Source of the DNA: an uncultured Acidobacteriaceae bacterium
GTDB taxonomy: Bacteria > Acidobacteriota > Terriglobia > Terriglobales > Acidobacteriaceae
DNA length: 64,000 nucleotides
Direction of reading: 5' to 3'
Assembly: GCA_963835725.1 (NCBI GenBank)
Contig: CAWIGM010000003.1
Span: forward strand, 116,487-180,486
Within the stretch, counting starts at the first letter, position 1. Each line of letters starts with the position of its first letter. The translations under genes were made by a program, and so were the position numbers. This document shows positions 25,637-35,061 of this stretch, piece after piece. The notes under the pieces are model-generated. The model did no database searches. It worked only from the letters and a program-made list of their open reading frames with translations, and had not been told where the DNA came from.

Positions 25637-28111
25637 CTACTCGGCCCGAAGCGCCTGCATCGGGTCCAACCTGGCTGCGCGCCGCGCCGGAAGATAGCAA
25701 GCGAACAGTGCGACCACACAAAGCACTAACGGAACCGAGGCAAACGTGATGAAGTCGGTCGGCGTCACGCCGAACAAGACGGCCGACATTAGCCGAGTCA
25801 TCACAAACGCAACTGCGAGTCCGATCCCGATGCCCGGCAGGGTCATACCGGCACCGTCACGCAATACCGCCCATATGACGTCGGATTTCTGCGCCCCCAA
25901 CGCCATCCGTATGCCTACCTCTCGCGTTCGTTGTCCCACAATGTATGACAGCACGCCGTAGATGCCGAGGCTGGCCAGCAGCAGTGCCCCGGCGGCGAAG
26001 AGGGAGAACAGCATCATGGCAAAGCGCTGTCCCTCGATCGATTCGGCGACCACGCGCTGCATCGACTGCATGCCGTCGACGACCATCTGGCTGTCCATCT
26101 GCGTCAGAGCGCGGCGAATGCTGGGGAAGACAGCTTCCGGATCCATACCCTCACGCACGCGAACGTACGCCGGCATGCCCTCGCCGACCCGTCGCATGAT
26201 CAGGTCGGGCGTCTGCGCAAACGGCTCGTAATACTGGACATCGACGTTGTTTGCTTTGTCGGGCTCGAGCCCGAATTGTTTCACGTGACCCACGACTCCG
26301 ATGATTTCGTCGGTGCGTGGACCGCCTGACGATTCCTGTTGGAAGTGCAGGTGTTTGCCGATTGGATCCTCGCCTGGGAAGTAGCGCTCCGCGAAGCTCT
26401 CATCAATAACCACCACCCGGGCTGAATGTTCGTTATCGGCGTCGGTAAAGAAGCCGCCGCGGATCAGCGGAATCTGCATCAGCTTCAGGAAATCGGGTTC
26501 GACTCCGTATCGCAGCGACAATGGAAGGTCGGCTTCGTGTTCGGCATGAGAACGGCCCTCGATCCAGAAGCCTTCCTCCCAATCGCCGAGCATCGGACGC
26601 GCACCCCAATCAAATGAAACTTCTTCTACTCCCGGCACAGAATGAATCGCCGCGCTCATCTGTCGATAGGCGGCGCGAATAGCGTCTGGCGATTGCCGGG
26701 CCAGCGATGCAGTCGGGGTTACGTTGAACGTAATCACATTCTGCGGCTTGAATCCGGGATTGACGTTCCACAGTCGCACCAGCGTTCGGATCATCAAGCC
26801 TGCTCCAACCAGCAGCACCAGCGCCAGCGCCATCTCGACGGTCACGAACACCGCCTGGGCGCGATGACGCGAGCCGACCAGCGAGCGGCCGCTCTGGTTC
26901 AGCGTGGCGTTCACGTCAGTGCGAGAGGTTCGCAGTGCCGGGGCCAGGCCGAAAACAACGCCAGCCAGAATGGAAACTCCCAGGGTAAACAGCAGCACAG
27001 GGCCGTTAATGCCAACATTTTCAGCTCGCGGCAACATGGTTGGCACCGCTGCAAGAGCGGCTTTAGCTCCCCAGTACGCCAGTATGATTCCCAATGCTCC
27101 CCCAACCAGCGACAGGGCAAGGCTTTCGGTCAGCACCTGACGAACGAGGCGAGCTTGTCGAGCACCCAATGCCACACGAACTGCAAACTCCCGTTGGCGG
27201 GCGGTCGATCGCGCAAGCTGCAGATTGGCCACGTTAACGCACGCAATCAGCAGGACAAACAGTACAGCGCCCATCAGCACAACCAGCACCGGACGCGCCT
27301 GTCCGACAATCTGTTCCTTCAGGGGCACGATCGTCGTCTCGATACCGGCGTCGACGTCGGGATACGTGGCCGCGAGCCCCTGGTTGACGCGTTGCATGTC
27401 CTGCGCGGCGGAGGCCAAAGTCACGCCGGGTTTCAGGCGGGCGATGGCGTCCATGCCCCAGGCGGCATTGCGGTTGCGAAACTGCGGCTCGCGCCACTCG
27501 CCTATCGGCGTGTAAGCCTCAGCCGGACGGAAGTTCCACTGTTGCAACTGGAAGCTGGCGGGTACGATCCCGACAATCGTGCGAGGTACGCCATCCAGCG
27601 TAACGGCTTGTCCCACAATGTGAGGGTTAGATCCAAACTTGCGCTTCCACAGCCCCTCCGAGATCATCACCGTCGGATTGGCCCCGAGGCGATCCTCGTC
27701 GGAAGTGAAGGTGCGGCCCGCGATCGGGTTGACCCCGAGCAATTCAAAGAACCCTGCGGACACCATCTCGCCTTTAACATTTTCCGGCTCGCCCGCGCCC
27801 GTGAGGGTGAATCCGCCGGCGTTGCGATAGGCCGCCATCGCCTCGAAGCAATGATTGTCACGCTGCCAGTCCAGGAAATTCAGATAGGAAATGGAACCCT
27901 TCAAAAAATTGCGCTTGTGGTGGAAGAGTGTCACCAGGCGATTCGATTCTGGATACGGCAGCGGGTTGAGCAACACTCCATTGACGACCGAGAAGATGGT
28001 GGTGTTGGCGCCGATGCCGAGAGCCAACGTCAGAATCGCAACCACGGCAAACCCCGGCGATTTCATCATCTGCCGGCTGGCGTACTGAAGATCGTTTAGC
28101 AAAGTCCGCAT
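25637..28111 (-). CDS. ADOP family duplicated permease (MacB/FtsX-type, two MacB_PCD + FtsX modules)
   Basis: N-terminus MRTLLNDLQYASRQMMKSPGFAVVAILTLALGIGANT is the hallmark of acidobacterial duplicated orphan permeases. Two FtsX-like 4-TM blocks are present. No ABC ATPase lies adjacent. Confidence 0.85.
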   Translation of the reverse strand: MRTLLNDLQYASRQMMKSPGFAVVAILTLALGIGANTTIFSVVNGVLLNPLPYPESNRLVTLFHHKRNFLKGSISYLNFLDWQRDNHCFEAMAAYRNAGGFTLTGAGEPENVKGEMVSAGFFELLGVNPIAGRTFTSDEDRLGANPTVMISEGLWKRKFGSNPHIVGQAVTLDGVPRTIVGIVPASFQLQQWNFRPAEAYTPIGEWREPQFRNRNAAWGMDAIARLKPGVTLASAAQDMQRVNQGLAATYPDVDAGIETTIVPLKEQIVGQARPVLVVLMGAVLFVLLIACVNVANLQLARSTARQREFAVRVALGARQARLVRQVLTESLALSLVGGALGIILAYWGAKAALAAVPTMLPRAENVGINGPVLLFTLGVSILAGVVFGLAPALRTSRTDVNATLNQSGRSLVGSRHRAQAVFVTVEMALALVLLVGAGLMIRTLVRLWNVNPGFKPQNVITFNVTPTASLARQSPDAIRAAYRQMSAAIHSVPGVEEVSFDWGARPMLGDWEEGFWIEGRSHAEHEADLPLSLRYGVEPDFLKLMQIPLIRGGFFTDADNEHSARVVVIDESFAERYFPGEDPIGKHLHFQQESSGGPRTDEIIGVVGHVKQFGLEPDKANNVDVQYYEPFAQTPDLIMRRVGEGMPAYVRVREGMDPEAVFPSIRRALTQMDSQMVVDGMQSMQRVVAESIEGQRFAMMLFSLFAAGALLLASLGIYGVLSYIVGQRTREVGIRMALGAQKSDVIWAVLRDGAGMTLPGIGIGLAVAFVMTRLMSAVLFGVTPTDFITFASVPLVLCVVALFACYLPARRAARLDPMQALRAE

Positions 28112-28394
28112 GAATACCCCTGGTTGACCTACTGATTCGGATGCAATCGCCACACCATCTATTGAAGCCTCAAGTTGTTGACTTCAGGCCATTTAGAGGA
28201 AGGCTGTAGGATGCAGTCAATTTTTGCTGTTCGTGCTCGAACGACATTGTTCAGAATCGAACATGCTTCTATCAGCCCCCTATGAGTGCGATCCGCCCCG
28301 CAGGCATCGATAAGCGGCATCCGTCATCCGGCATTTCTGGTACGCTGCTGGGTCACCCTTTTCGTCACCTCACAAGTGGAGCTTCTCGACTCGA

Positions 28395-30191
28395 ATGCAA
28401 CCTCGCAAGACTTCTGTTTGTATCAGCCTCCTACTCGCAGCTTCCTTCCCTCTCTCGCTGGCAGCGGCGAACAAGTCCAAAAACGATGCCAACGCTGAGC
28501 AGCCTTCGTATGAGCAGCCGCAGCCGCAGCGCGAAACGCTGGACATGAACATGTATCAGCAGATCCGCATGGAGGGCCTGGAGCACTCGCACGTAATGGA
28601 GTACGCCTCGGCGCTGGACGATGGCATTGGACCGCGTCTCACCGGCTCTCAGAACCTGAAGCGCGCGAACGAGTGGACACGCGATCAGTTCACGGCGATG
28701 GGCTGCAAGAACGCTCACCTGGAAGACTGGGGCGAGTTCGGCATGGGCTGGACGCAGCTCAACACCTGGGTTCGCATGACTTCACCGGATACGGCGGTCT
28801 TCATTGCGCAGGCCGCCCCGTGGTCGCCCTCCACCAACGGCGCCGTGAATGGTCAGGCCGTCTCGATGGAAGTCAAAGACGAGAAAGACCTCGAACAATA
28901 CCGAGGCAAGTTGAACGGCAAGATCGTCTTCTTTGGTCCGATGCGCGATGTCCCTCCGGTAGACAAGCCGTTGTGGACTCGACTGGATGAAGCCGAGCTC
29001 AAGAAGCTCACCGAGTATCCGCTGAAGCCGCAAAATCGTGATGACTTTCTTCAGGCCTACATGAAGCGCCTGGAACTACGACAAAAAGTCGGGGCGTTCC
29101 TGGCCAGCGAGCATGCACTTGCAGTAGTGACGCCTAGCCGCGACGGACGCGACGGCGGCGGTTCAGGCGGCACGTTCTTCGACGACAGCGGCGCCGGCTT
29201 TGGATGGGAAGCCTACAAGCGCGAACACATCGATCCCGTGCCCGTGGTAGCGATGGCGATCGAGAATTACGGACGCGTTTACCGCCTGCTGAAGGCGAAT
29301 GTGCCGGTCAGCATCGAGATGAACGTGGACGTGAAATTCACCGGCGATCACGAGCACGGCTACGACACGGTCGCAGAGATTCCGGGCACCGATCCGAAGC
29401 TGAAGGATGAACTCGTGATGGTCGGCGGCCACCTGGACTCCTGGGCCTCCGGAACGGGTGCAACCGACAACGGCGCAGGCACGGTCGTCGCGATGGAAGT
29501 GATGCGCATTCTCAACGCGCTACAAATCAAGCCCCGCCGTACCATCCGCGTCGGCCTTTGGACCGGTGAGGAGGAGGGGGAATACGGCTCGTACGGTTAC
29601 GTGCGCCAGCATTTCGGACAGGTGCCACTCTCGACTACTCCAGAACAGCTGAAGCTGCCGGAGTGGGTACGCAAACCTGCGGGGCCGGTGGAACTGAAGC
29701 CCGAGTCGACGAAGATCTCGGCTTACTTCAACCTTGACAACGGCAGCGGCAAGATTCGCGGGGTGTATCTGCAAGGCAATGCCGCCATCGCGCCAATCTT
29801 CCAGCAATGGATTGAGCCGCTGAAGGACCTTGGCGTTAGCACGCTGACCATGCGCAACACCGGCGGCACTGATCACGAGGCGTTTGACGCGATCGGCATC
29901 CCAGGGTTCCAGTTCATCCAGGATCCGCTGGATTACGGATCGCGCTCTCATCACTCCAACATGGACACCTACGAGCGCCTTTCGCCTGAAGATCTGGCGC
30001 AAGCCGCCGTAGTGGAGGCGATCTTCGTCTACAACGCGGCCATGCGCGACCAGATGTTGCCGCGCAAGCCGCTGCCGCATCCGGAACTCGAGGAGCAGAT
30101 GCAGGCTCCGCTGAAAAACCTGATGCCGGGAGCGGAGGCCGCAGAGAAAGACTCGAAGATGAAGGCTGATCAGACACCGGAACAGAAATAA
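28395..30191 (+). CDS. Secreted M28 family aminopeptidase with PA domain
   Basis: Signal peptide. Zn-ligand motifs GGHLDSW, ATDNGAGT, WTGEEEGEYGS, FNLDNGSG and GGTDHEAF. Confidence 0.8.
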   Translation: MQPRKTSVCISLLLAASFPLSLAAANKSKNDANAEQPSYEQPQPQRETLDMNMYQQIRMEGLEHSHVMEYASALDDGIGPRLTGSQNLKRANEWTRDQFTAMGCKNAHLEDWGEFGMGWTQLNTWVRMTSPDTAVFIAQAAPWSPSTNGAVNGQAVSMEVKDEKDLEQYRGKLNGKIVFFGPMRDVPPVDKPLWTRLDEAELKKLTEYPLKPQNRDDFLQAYMKRLELRQKVGAFLASEHALAVVTPSRDGRDGGGSGGTFFDDSGAGFGWEAYKREHIDPVPVVAMAIENYGRVYRLLKANVPVSIEMNVDVKFTGDHEHGYDTVAEIPGTDPKLKDELVMVGGHLDSWASGTGATDNGAGTVVAMEVMRILNALQIKPRRTIRVGLWTGEEEGEYGSYGYVRQHFGQVPLSTTPEQLKLPEWVRKPAGPVELKPESTKISAYFNLDNGSGKIRGVYLQGNAAIAPIFQQWIEPLKDLGVSTLTMRNTGGTDHEAFDAIGIPGFQFIQDPLDYGSRSHHSNMDTYERLSPEDLAQAAVVEAIFVYNAAMRDQMLPRKPLPHPELEEQMQAPLKNLMPGAEAAEKDSKMKADQTPEQK

Positions 30192-30199
30192 TGATCGCA

Positions 30200-30226
30200 G
30201 GCGCGGGTCATGGCACGACCCGCGCC
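30200..30226 (+). terminator. Terminator-like GC hairpin after the M28 peptidase gene
   Basis: GGCGCGGGTC-atggcac-GACCCGCGCC, 10-bp stem, starting 9 nt after the stop. There is no clear U-tract. Confidence 0.45.
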
Positions 30227-30325
30227 ATTCCGTGGCTAAAGCAAATCCCCTAGTCATTCCAATCCGCAACAATCGGCGATTTTCGGCTACAATCCCCTAC
30301 TCGGGGACTAATTGTCGCCAGGGCT

Positions 30326-32094
30326 ATGCAACCCTTCTACAAACGATTCAGCGTCATCACGGGCTTTTCGGCCCTGCTCATCCTGCTGCTGATCAACGGC
30401 TTGATCATCCGGCGGCAAGTGTCTGTCCAGGTTGAGAGCCAACGAAGGGTGCGACACACCCAGGATGTACTGCTCCAGATCTCACAGACTGAATCTCTTC
30501 TGAAGGACGCCGAAACCGGACAGCGCGGCTATCTCTATACAGGTCAGCTTCGGTACCTTGCTCCGTACGATCTCGCCGCCAGGCGGATCAATACCGAGAT
30601 CGATAAGCTTGCCGAACTGACTGCCGACAATCCCGCTCAACAGGATCGCATCGCTAAGCTCCGAGCCCTCGCAAACGAAAAGCTGCAAGAACTCGCGAGC
30701 ACGATCGCCCTCTATCGTTCGGGGCGACTGGAGGACGCCCGATCCTTGGTTCTCACCGATGAAGGCCTGTCCAGGATGGACAAGATACGGCTGGTCGTCT
30801 CCGAGATGCAAAACGAGGAGCAGTCGCTGGAAGCGGCGCGGACCCAGCAGTACACCCGTAGCGTGCGCATCACAGTGTTTTGCATCTATGCAGCCAGTAT
30901 CTTGGGGGCACTGGGTCTGATCGTGCTGGCGTACTTCATCCTGCATGAGATCAGCTTGCGCGAGCGTCACGCCGCGCAGATCAAGCAGCGCGAGGAGTGG
31001 TTCCGCGTCACCCTCACGAGTATTGGGGACGGCGTCATCGCTACCGATGTCAAAAGGCGAGGTGACCTTCCTCAACCCGGTGGCGGAGCGTCTTACGGGG
31101 ATAGCAAATCCACGAAGCGTCGGGAAAGCCGATCCAGGAAGTATTCCCCATTTTCAACGAGATTACTTTGCACCCGGTCGAAAACCCGGTGAACAAGGTA
31201 ATGGCGCTGGGGCATGTGGTTGGACTGGCCAATCACACCGTACTGCGTCACCGCAATGGCTCACTCCTTCCCATCGAGGACAGTGCCGCCCCCATTCGCG
31301 ACGACGCTGGACGGCTGCTGGGAGTCGTTCTGGTCTTTCGGGATGCGACCGCGGAACGTAAGTCGCAGGACATTTTGCGCAAGACTGAAAAAATCGCCGC
31401 AGCGGCTCGCCTGGCGGCAACCGTCGCGCATGAGATTAATAATCCGTTGGAAGCAGTGAACAACCTCATCTTCCTGGCCAAGCTGCGGCCGGGCGTTCCT
31501 GCCGAGGCGGTGAACGACCTCGCCCTGGCCGAGCAGGAACTCAATCGCGTGTCGCACGTCACGCGGCAGACGCTGGGCTTTTACCGCGAGTCGAACACGC
31601 CCGACAAGATCGAGGTGCCAAAGCTGGTGGAGAACGTGCTGCTGCTGTTTGCGAACAAATTCAAGACCAAGAACATTGTGGTGGAACACGAGGCCGAACC
31701 TTGCCCGCCCATTCAGGGTTGGCCGGGAGAATTGCAGCAGGTCGTGGCCAATCTTGTCTCGAACGCCGCCGATGCGGTCGGAAATGGCGGCAAGATGAAG
31801 GTGACCGTCTCCTGCGTGGACGGCCCCGAGGGCAAGAATGTTCAGGTTCGAGTAGAAGACAACGGACCGGGAATCGCGCCCGAGAATCTGGAGCGGATCT
31901 TCGAACCCTTCTTCACCACGAAGAAAGATGTTGGAACCGGGTTGGGGCTTTGGGTATCGAAGGCGATTGTGGAGCGCCATGGCGGAACCATTCAAGTTCA
32001 CTCGTCAAACGGCGATAGGAACCACAACACCGTATTCAGCATCCGAATTCCTTGCTCGCCCAGCTTTGCTACGCGCGCTGCGCAGGCTACCTAG
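30326..32094 (+). CDS. CHASE3-TM-PAS sensor histidine kinase. The frame is broken twice (about 31052-31055 and about 31098-31107).
   Basis: Frame 1 gives CHASE3 (DAETGQRGYLYTG, LTADNP.Q) plus a TM helix and the PAS start EEWFRVTLTSIGDGVIATDVK. Frame 2 gives GEVTFLNPVAERLTG. Frame 3 gives ...GKPIQEVFPIFNE...IEDSAAPIRDDAGRLLGVVLVFRD, the H-box ATVAHEINNPL, the N-box and G-boxes (DNGPGI, GTGLGL). Confidence 0.8.
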
Positions 32095-32107
32095 CAGCCC
32101 TTCTCTT

Positions 32108-32941
32108 TCACCCCGCGATGTGTTCGATCCGGTGAACAACCTTGTCCGGCAAAGTAATCGGAGTGCTCGCCAGATCCAGCTTCATGTGCTCGACATTGCT
32201 GGTTCCAGTGAGAGGAAGAATGCCAATCTGCCGCGCGAAAGCGAAGACTACCTGCGCCGGTATCAGGCCAAGCTGATCGGCGGGATCGGTCACCACCGGA
32301 TGCTGCAGCACGTCCATGTTGGCCGTAAGCAGCGAGAATCCCTGGTAAACGATGCCGCGCTCGCGGCAGAAGACACGCACATCGCGGTCCCATCCTGTCA
32401 CTGCGAAACAGCGGTTCTGCACGAAGGCCGGAGTCTCTCCATGCACGTGCACCATCTGCTCCAGGTGATGCAGTCCGACGTTGCTTACGCCCAGAAATCG
32501 GCAGCGTCCGGCGTCCCGCTCTTTCTGCATGGCTTGCCAGACTTCGGCATCCTCGTCGCTCCACGCCTGTCGCCATGCTGGCCCGTGCAGTAGCAGGCTG
32601 TCCACATAATCGGTTTGCAGATGCTCGAGGGAACTCGCCATCGACTGGGCGACCTGCATAGTGAGACTGGCTTCAGGATCGTAGGGCAAGCGATGATCCT
32701 GCCCCTGGCGATACGTGAACTTGGTTTGCAGAAACAGATCAGCGCGCGTGACTATGCCGGCTTGATAGGCGGCTGCGAGGCCTTCGCCCACTCCGGCTTC
32801 ATGATAGTGACGAAGCTGGTTGGCGGTATCGATTCCGCGGAAGCCGGTGCGCACTGCGAGTTCCGTCAGCGCTGCTGTCGGGTCTTGTTTCCAGGCGGTG
32901 CCGTAGAGAAACGCAGGAATCGAGGGAGATGATCCGGGCAT
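32108..32941 (-). CDS. Aldo/keto reductase family oxidoreductase
   Basis: 277-aa ORF with YGTAWK, GFRGIDTA, LFLQTKF and YVDSLLLHGP, typical of AKRs. Confidence 0.8.
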   Translation of the reverse strand: MPGSSPSIPAFLYGTAWKQDPTAALTELAVRTGFRGIDTANQLRHYHEAGVGEGLAAAYQAGIVTRADLFLQTKFTYRQGQDHRLPYDPEASLTMQVAQSMASSLEHLQTDYVDSLLLHGPAWRQAWSDEDAEVWQAMQKERDAGRCRFLGVSNVGLHHLEQMVHVHGETPAFVQNRCFAVTGWDRDVRVFCRERGIVYQGFSLLTANMDVLQHPVVTDPADQLGLIPAQVVFAFARQIGILPLTGTSNVEHMKLDLASTPITLPDKVVHRIEHIAG

Positions 32942-33030
32942 GTTGGTATTCTTGCACGCCGATCGTAGAACGATTGAAGTCAGTAGCCTTGGTGTCGGAG
33001 TTCTGCGGGCTCGCCCTTAAGCATCCTTCC

Positions 33031-34188
33031 TTATTTTGAGGAAGTAGCTTGTGCAGGCTTCAACACGATGACTAATACACGTCCGTCTGACTTAATCTCA
33101 CCACCGGTGGCAGTTTTGGTGGATTTGATCGGATTGGAGCGTGTCATATACGACATCGCTTCGACCTGACCCGCCTGTTGCAGGGTCGCGCCAATAAAGT
33201 CGCGCTCATTGTCCACGTCCTGGTCGATCTTGTGGGTGATGGCGTTCGCCGAGCGCTGGTCTTTTTCGATACCGATATCGTGTGTACCCGCGCCCACCCA
33301 TAACGGCTGGTTCTGCGGCGTCTGGAATGGGGCCTTCCAGACGCGACAGTGGTTGCGCTGCGCCGCCACCATAACCGCTTCGGCCCGCTCATAGCCGTAA
33401 TCTTGCGAGCGTCCGAAAAGATACAGCATGCTCATCGGTACCGCAACGTAGACGTTCTTCTGCAGCGTCGCCATCAGCGCACTGACCACAGCATCGGTGT
33501 TCGTCTTATCGGCAACAATCCAGCCGGCAGCCTTGAACGCGCTCGTAACCTGGTCTTCGTTGCCGACCAAGATGAAATTCACCAAATCGCCGGGATTCCC
33601 ACCTTTCGCCTGATCGGTCACACGGTACGGCAGCTTGGAATCGAGTTCGGCGAACAGCGGCTTGAAGTCGTATTTGCTCTGGCTGGCAGAAGCGCCGGAG
33701 GAGGTCGCAGTACTGGATGCCGTGCGATCGATATGTACCTCATAGGATCCGCTCGGCGTCTCCATCGAGTCGCTGTTGATGTTGAGGTACAACTTGCCGG
33801 CAATGGGTGCCAGCATGGTTCCATCGACTCCGATGAAGAACGGAGTTGCGGCGTTGCTGTCGCCGACGCGGCCGATGAGAGCACCACGACCGGCACTGGG
33901 TACAGTCAACGCTCGCAAGGTATCGGTCCAGCCGCGGGCTGCGCCATCTGGTGTAATGCCGGAGTTGTTGCCCATGTTGACGGTGCCCTTCGCAGTAATG
34001 TGCAGCTTGTCGCCGGCCTGAACTTCCATGCCGGTGTCGACCCAGTCCTTACCCCCGGCAACGGTGACATTCAGACTGTTGCTCTTGGCGTTGCTGCTGG
34101 AAGCTGGTACGAACGCGTACGCAGCTGGAGTGCCACACACGAAGGTCGTGGCGAGTAGAAGAAGAACGGCAAGACGAGTAGGCTTCAT
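33031..34188 (-). CDS. Secreted protein with an N-terminal PA-IL-like beta-sandwich domain and an LssY_C domain
   Basis: Signal peptide MKPTRLAVLLLLATT. The N-domain pattern (V.AG..L.I.A.G....G...P.G....GALIGR.G...LYLNIN...SGSYEVHI) resembles the PA-IL lectin fold. The C-domain GDLVNFILVG...AGW..AD...LYLFGR.QDYGYE...RNHCRVW is LssY_C-like. Confidence 0.6.
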   Translation of the reverse strand: MKPTRLAVLLLLATTFVCGTPAAYAFVPASSSNAKSNSLNVTVAGGKDWVDTGMEVQAGDKLHITAKGTVNMGNNSGITPDGAARGWTDTLRALTVPSAGRGALIGRVGDSNAATPFFIGVDGTMLAPIAGKLYLNINSDSMETPSGSYEVHIDRTASSTATSSGASASQSKYDFKPLFAELDSKLPYRVTDQAKGGNPGDLVNFILVGNEDQVTSAFKAAGWIVADKTNTDAVVSALMATLQKNVYVAVPMSMLYLFGRSQDYGYERAEAVMVAAQRNHCRVWKAPFQTPQNQPLWVGAGTHDIGIEKDQRSANAITHKIDQDVDNERDFIGATLQQAGQVEAMSYMTRSNPIKSTKTATGGEIKSDGRVLVIVLKPAQATSSK

Positions 34189-34297
34189 CGCTGGCAGGCC
34201 ATCCTCCAAGAGTATAACCATGCAGGGCGGAAAAGGTCGCGTTGTGCACGGATGTTTATCGCAATCCGGCATCAGGTCTGCCCGCAGTGAAACTAAT

Positions 34298-34633
34298 CTA
34301 ACGCTTCGCTTGATCAAACATAAATTTCCCTAAATAAATGGGATGTGAGATCGGCGGCTTGGTCTGCGCGGCGTCAATGGGGTAAGGCGCCTGCGTGAGG
34401 GTGGGAAAACCCCAGATGTCGCCCGTGCGCATATCGACCACCATCTTCCCGTACATTTGCGCAGTTCCGTCGGGCTTGCGAATGGTCGTGACCCCAGGCT
34501 CGATGAAGAATGGGTAGGCATCACTGGCCTGCGCTCGCACCGGAGCCGGTTGGGTGATGGGGCGAACGACCAGACTAGCGAGCAGGATGGCGATTAAGAC
34601 AAGAATTGTCTTGGTGAATCGATCAAGCGGCAT
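34298..34633 (-). CDS. Hypothetical membrane-anchored or secreted protein
   Basis: GGAGG SD 5 nt before the ATG at 34633. N-terminal TM/signal KTILVLIAILLASLVV. No recognised family. Confidence 0.5.
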   Translation of the reverse strand: MPLDRFTKTILVLIAILLASLVVRPITQPAPVRAQASDAYPFFIEPGVTTIRKPDGTAQMYGKMVVDMRTGDIWGFPTLTQAPYPIDAAQTKPPISHPIYLGKFMFDQAKR

Positions 34634-34828
34634 AGTACCTCCAGATCTTTCCACAGCAGCCTAAAGCACCTGCCGCGAATGTCAACCGACTACATCTCTT
34701 TGGCGATCTGGCCTTGGTCCTGGTGCTGATTTGACTTTGCCGGCGATAACGGGCAACAATGGCGGCTCGTCTCGCAGTAGCGTTCGCAGTAACTCACTTC
34801 ATAATCTTGAATTACAAGGAGAACCCGT

Positions 34829-34978
34829 ATGGCCGACGAACCTCAGAAACAGTGTGCCCACGAGCCGTGTCTGTGCACGGTTCCTCACGGCGAGAAGTAC
34901 TGCAGCGAGTCCTGTAAAGATGCAGGGGCCGACGAAGTCGAGATCGCCTGCGAGTGTGGGCATCCGGCCTGCCAGTAG
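34829..34978 (+). CDS. SmtA/BmtA-type bacterial metallothionein (49 aa). Not in the supplied ORF track.
   Basis: AAGGAG SD 7 nt upstream of the ATG. Product is MADEPQKQCAHEPCLCTVPHGEKYCSESCKDAGADEVEIACECGHPACQ. CAHEPCLCTV, YCSESC and CGHPAC align with Synechococcus SmtA KCACEPCLCNV, YYCSEAC and CGHTGC. A strong terminator follows. Confidence 0.75.
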   Translation: MADEPQKQCAHEPCLCTVPHGEKYCSESCKDAGADEVEIACECGHPACQ

Positions 34979-35011
34979 TTCGATAAAGTCAGACCATCTC
35001 ACCAAAAAACA

Positions 35012-35048
35012 GGAGAACAAGGTATCGAATACCTTGTTCTCCGTTTTT
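35012..35048. terminator. Bidirectional rho-independent terminator between the convergent metallothionein and DUF2950 genes
   Basis: GGAGAACAAGGTAT-cga-ATACCTTGTTCTCC, 14-bp stem. Flanked by an A-run (accaaaaaac) on the left and GTTTTTG on the right. Confidence 0.85.
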
Positions 35049-35061
35049 GTCTGACACCAGC

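Noticed and set aside
26642-28099. 485-aa plus-strand ORF antisense to the ADOP permease
   Set aside because: It is Arg/Gln/His-rich low-complexity antisense read-through. The opposite strand has the ADOP hallmark N-terminus and FtsX blocks.
34731-35054. 107-aa plus-strand ORF covering the metallothionein locus
   Set aside because: It is in a different frame from the SD-preceded Cys-rich ORF, is Ser/Arg-rich, and reads straight through the 14-bp-stem terminator.
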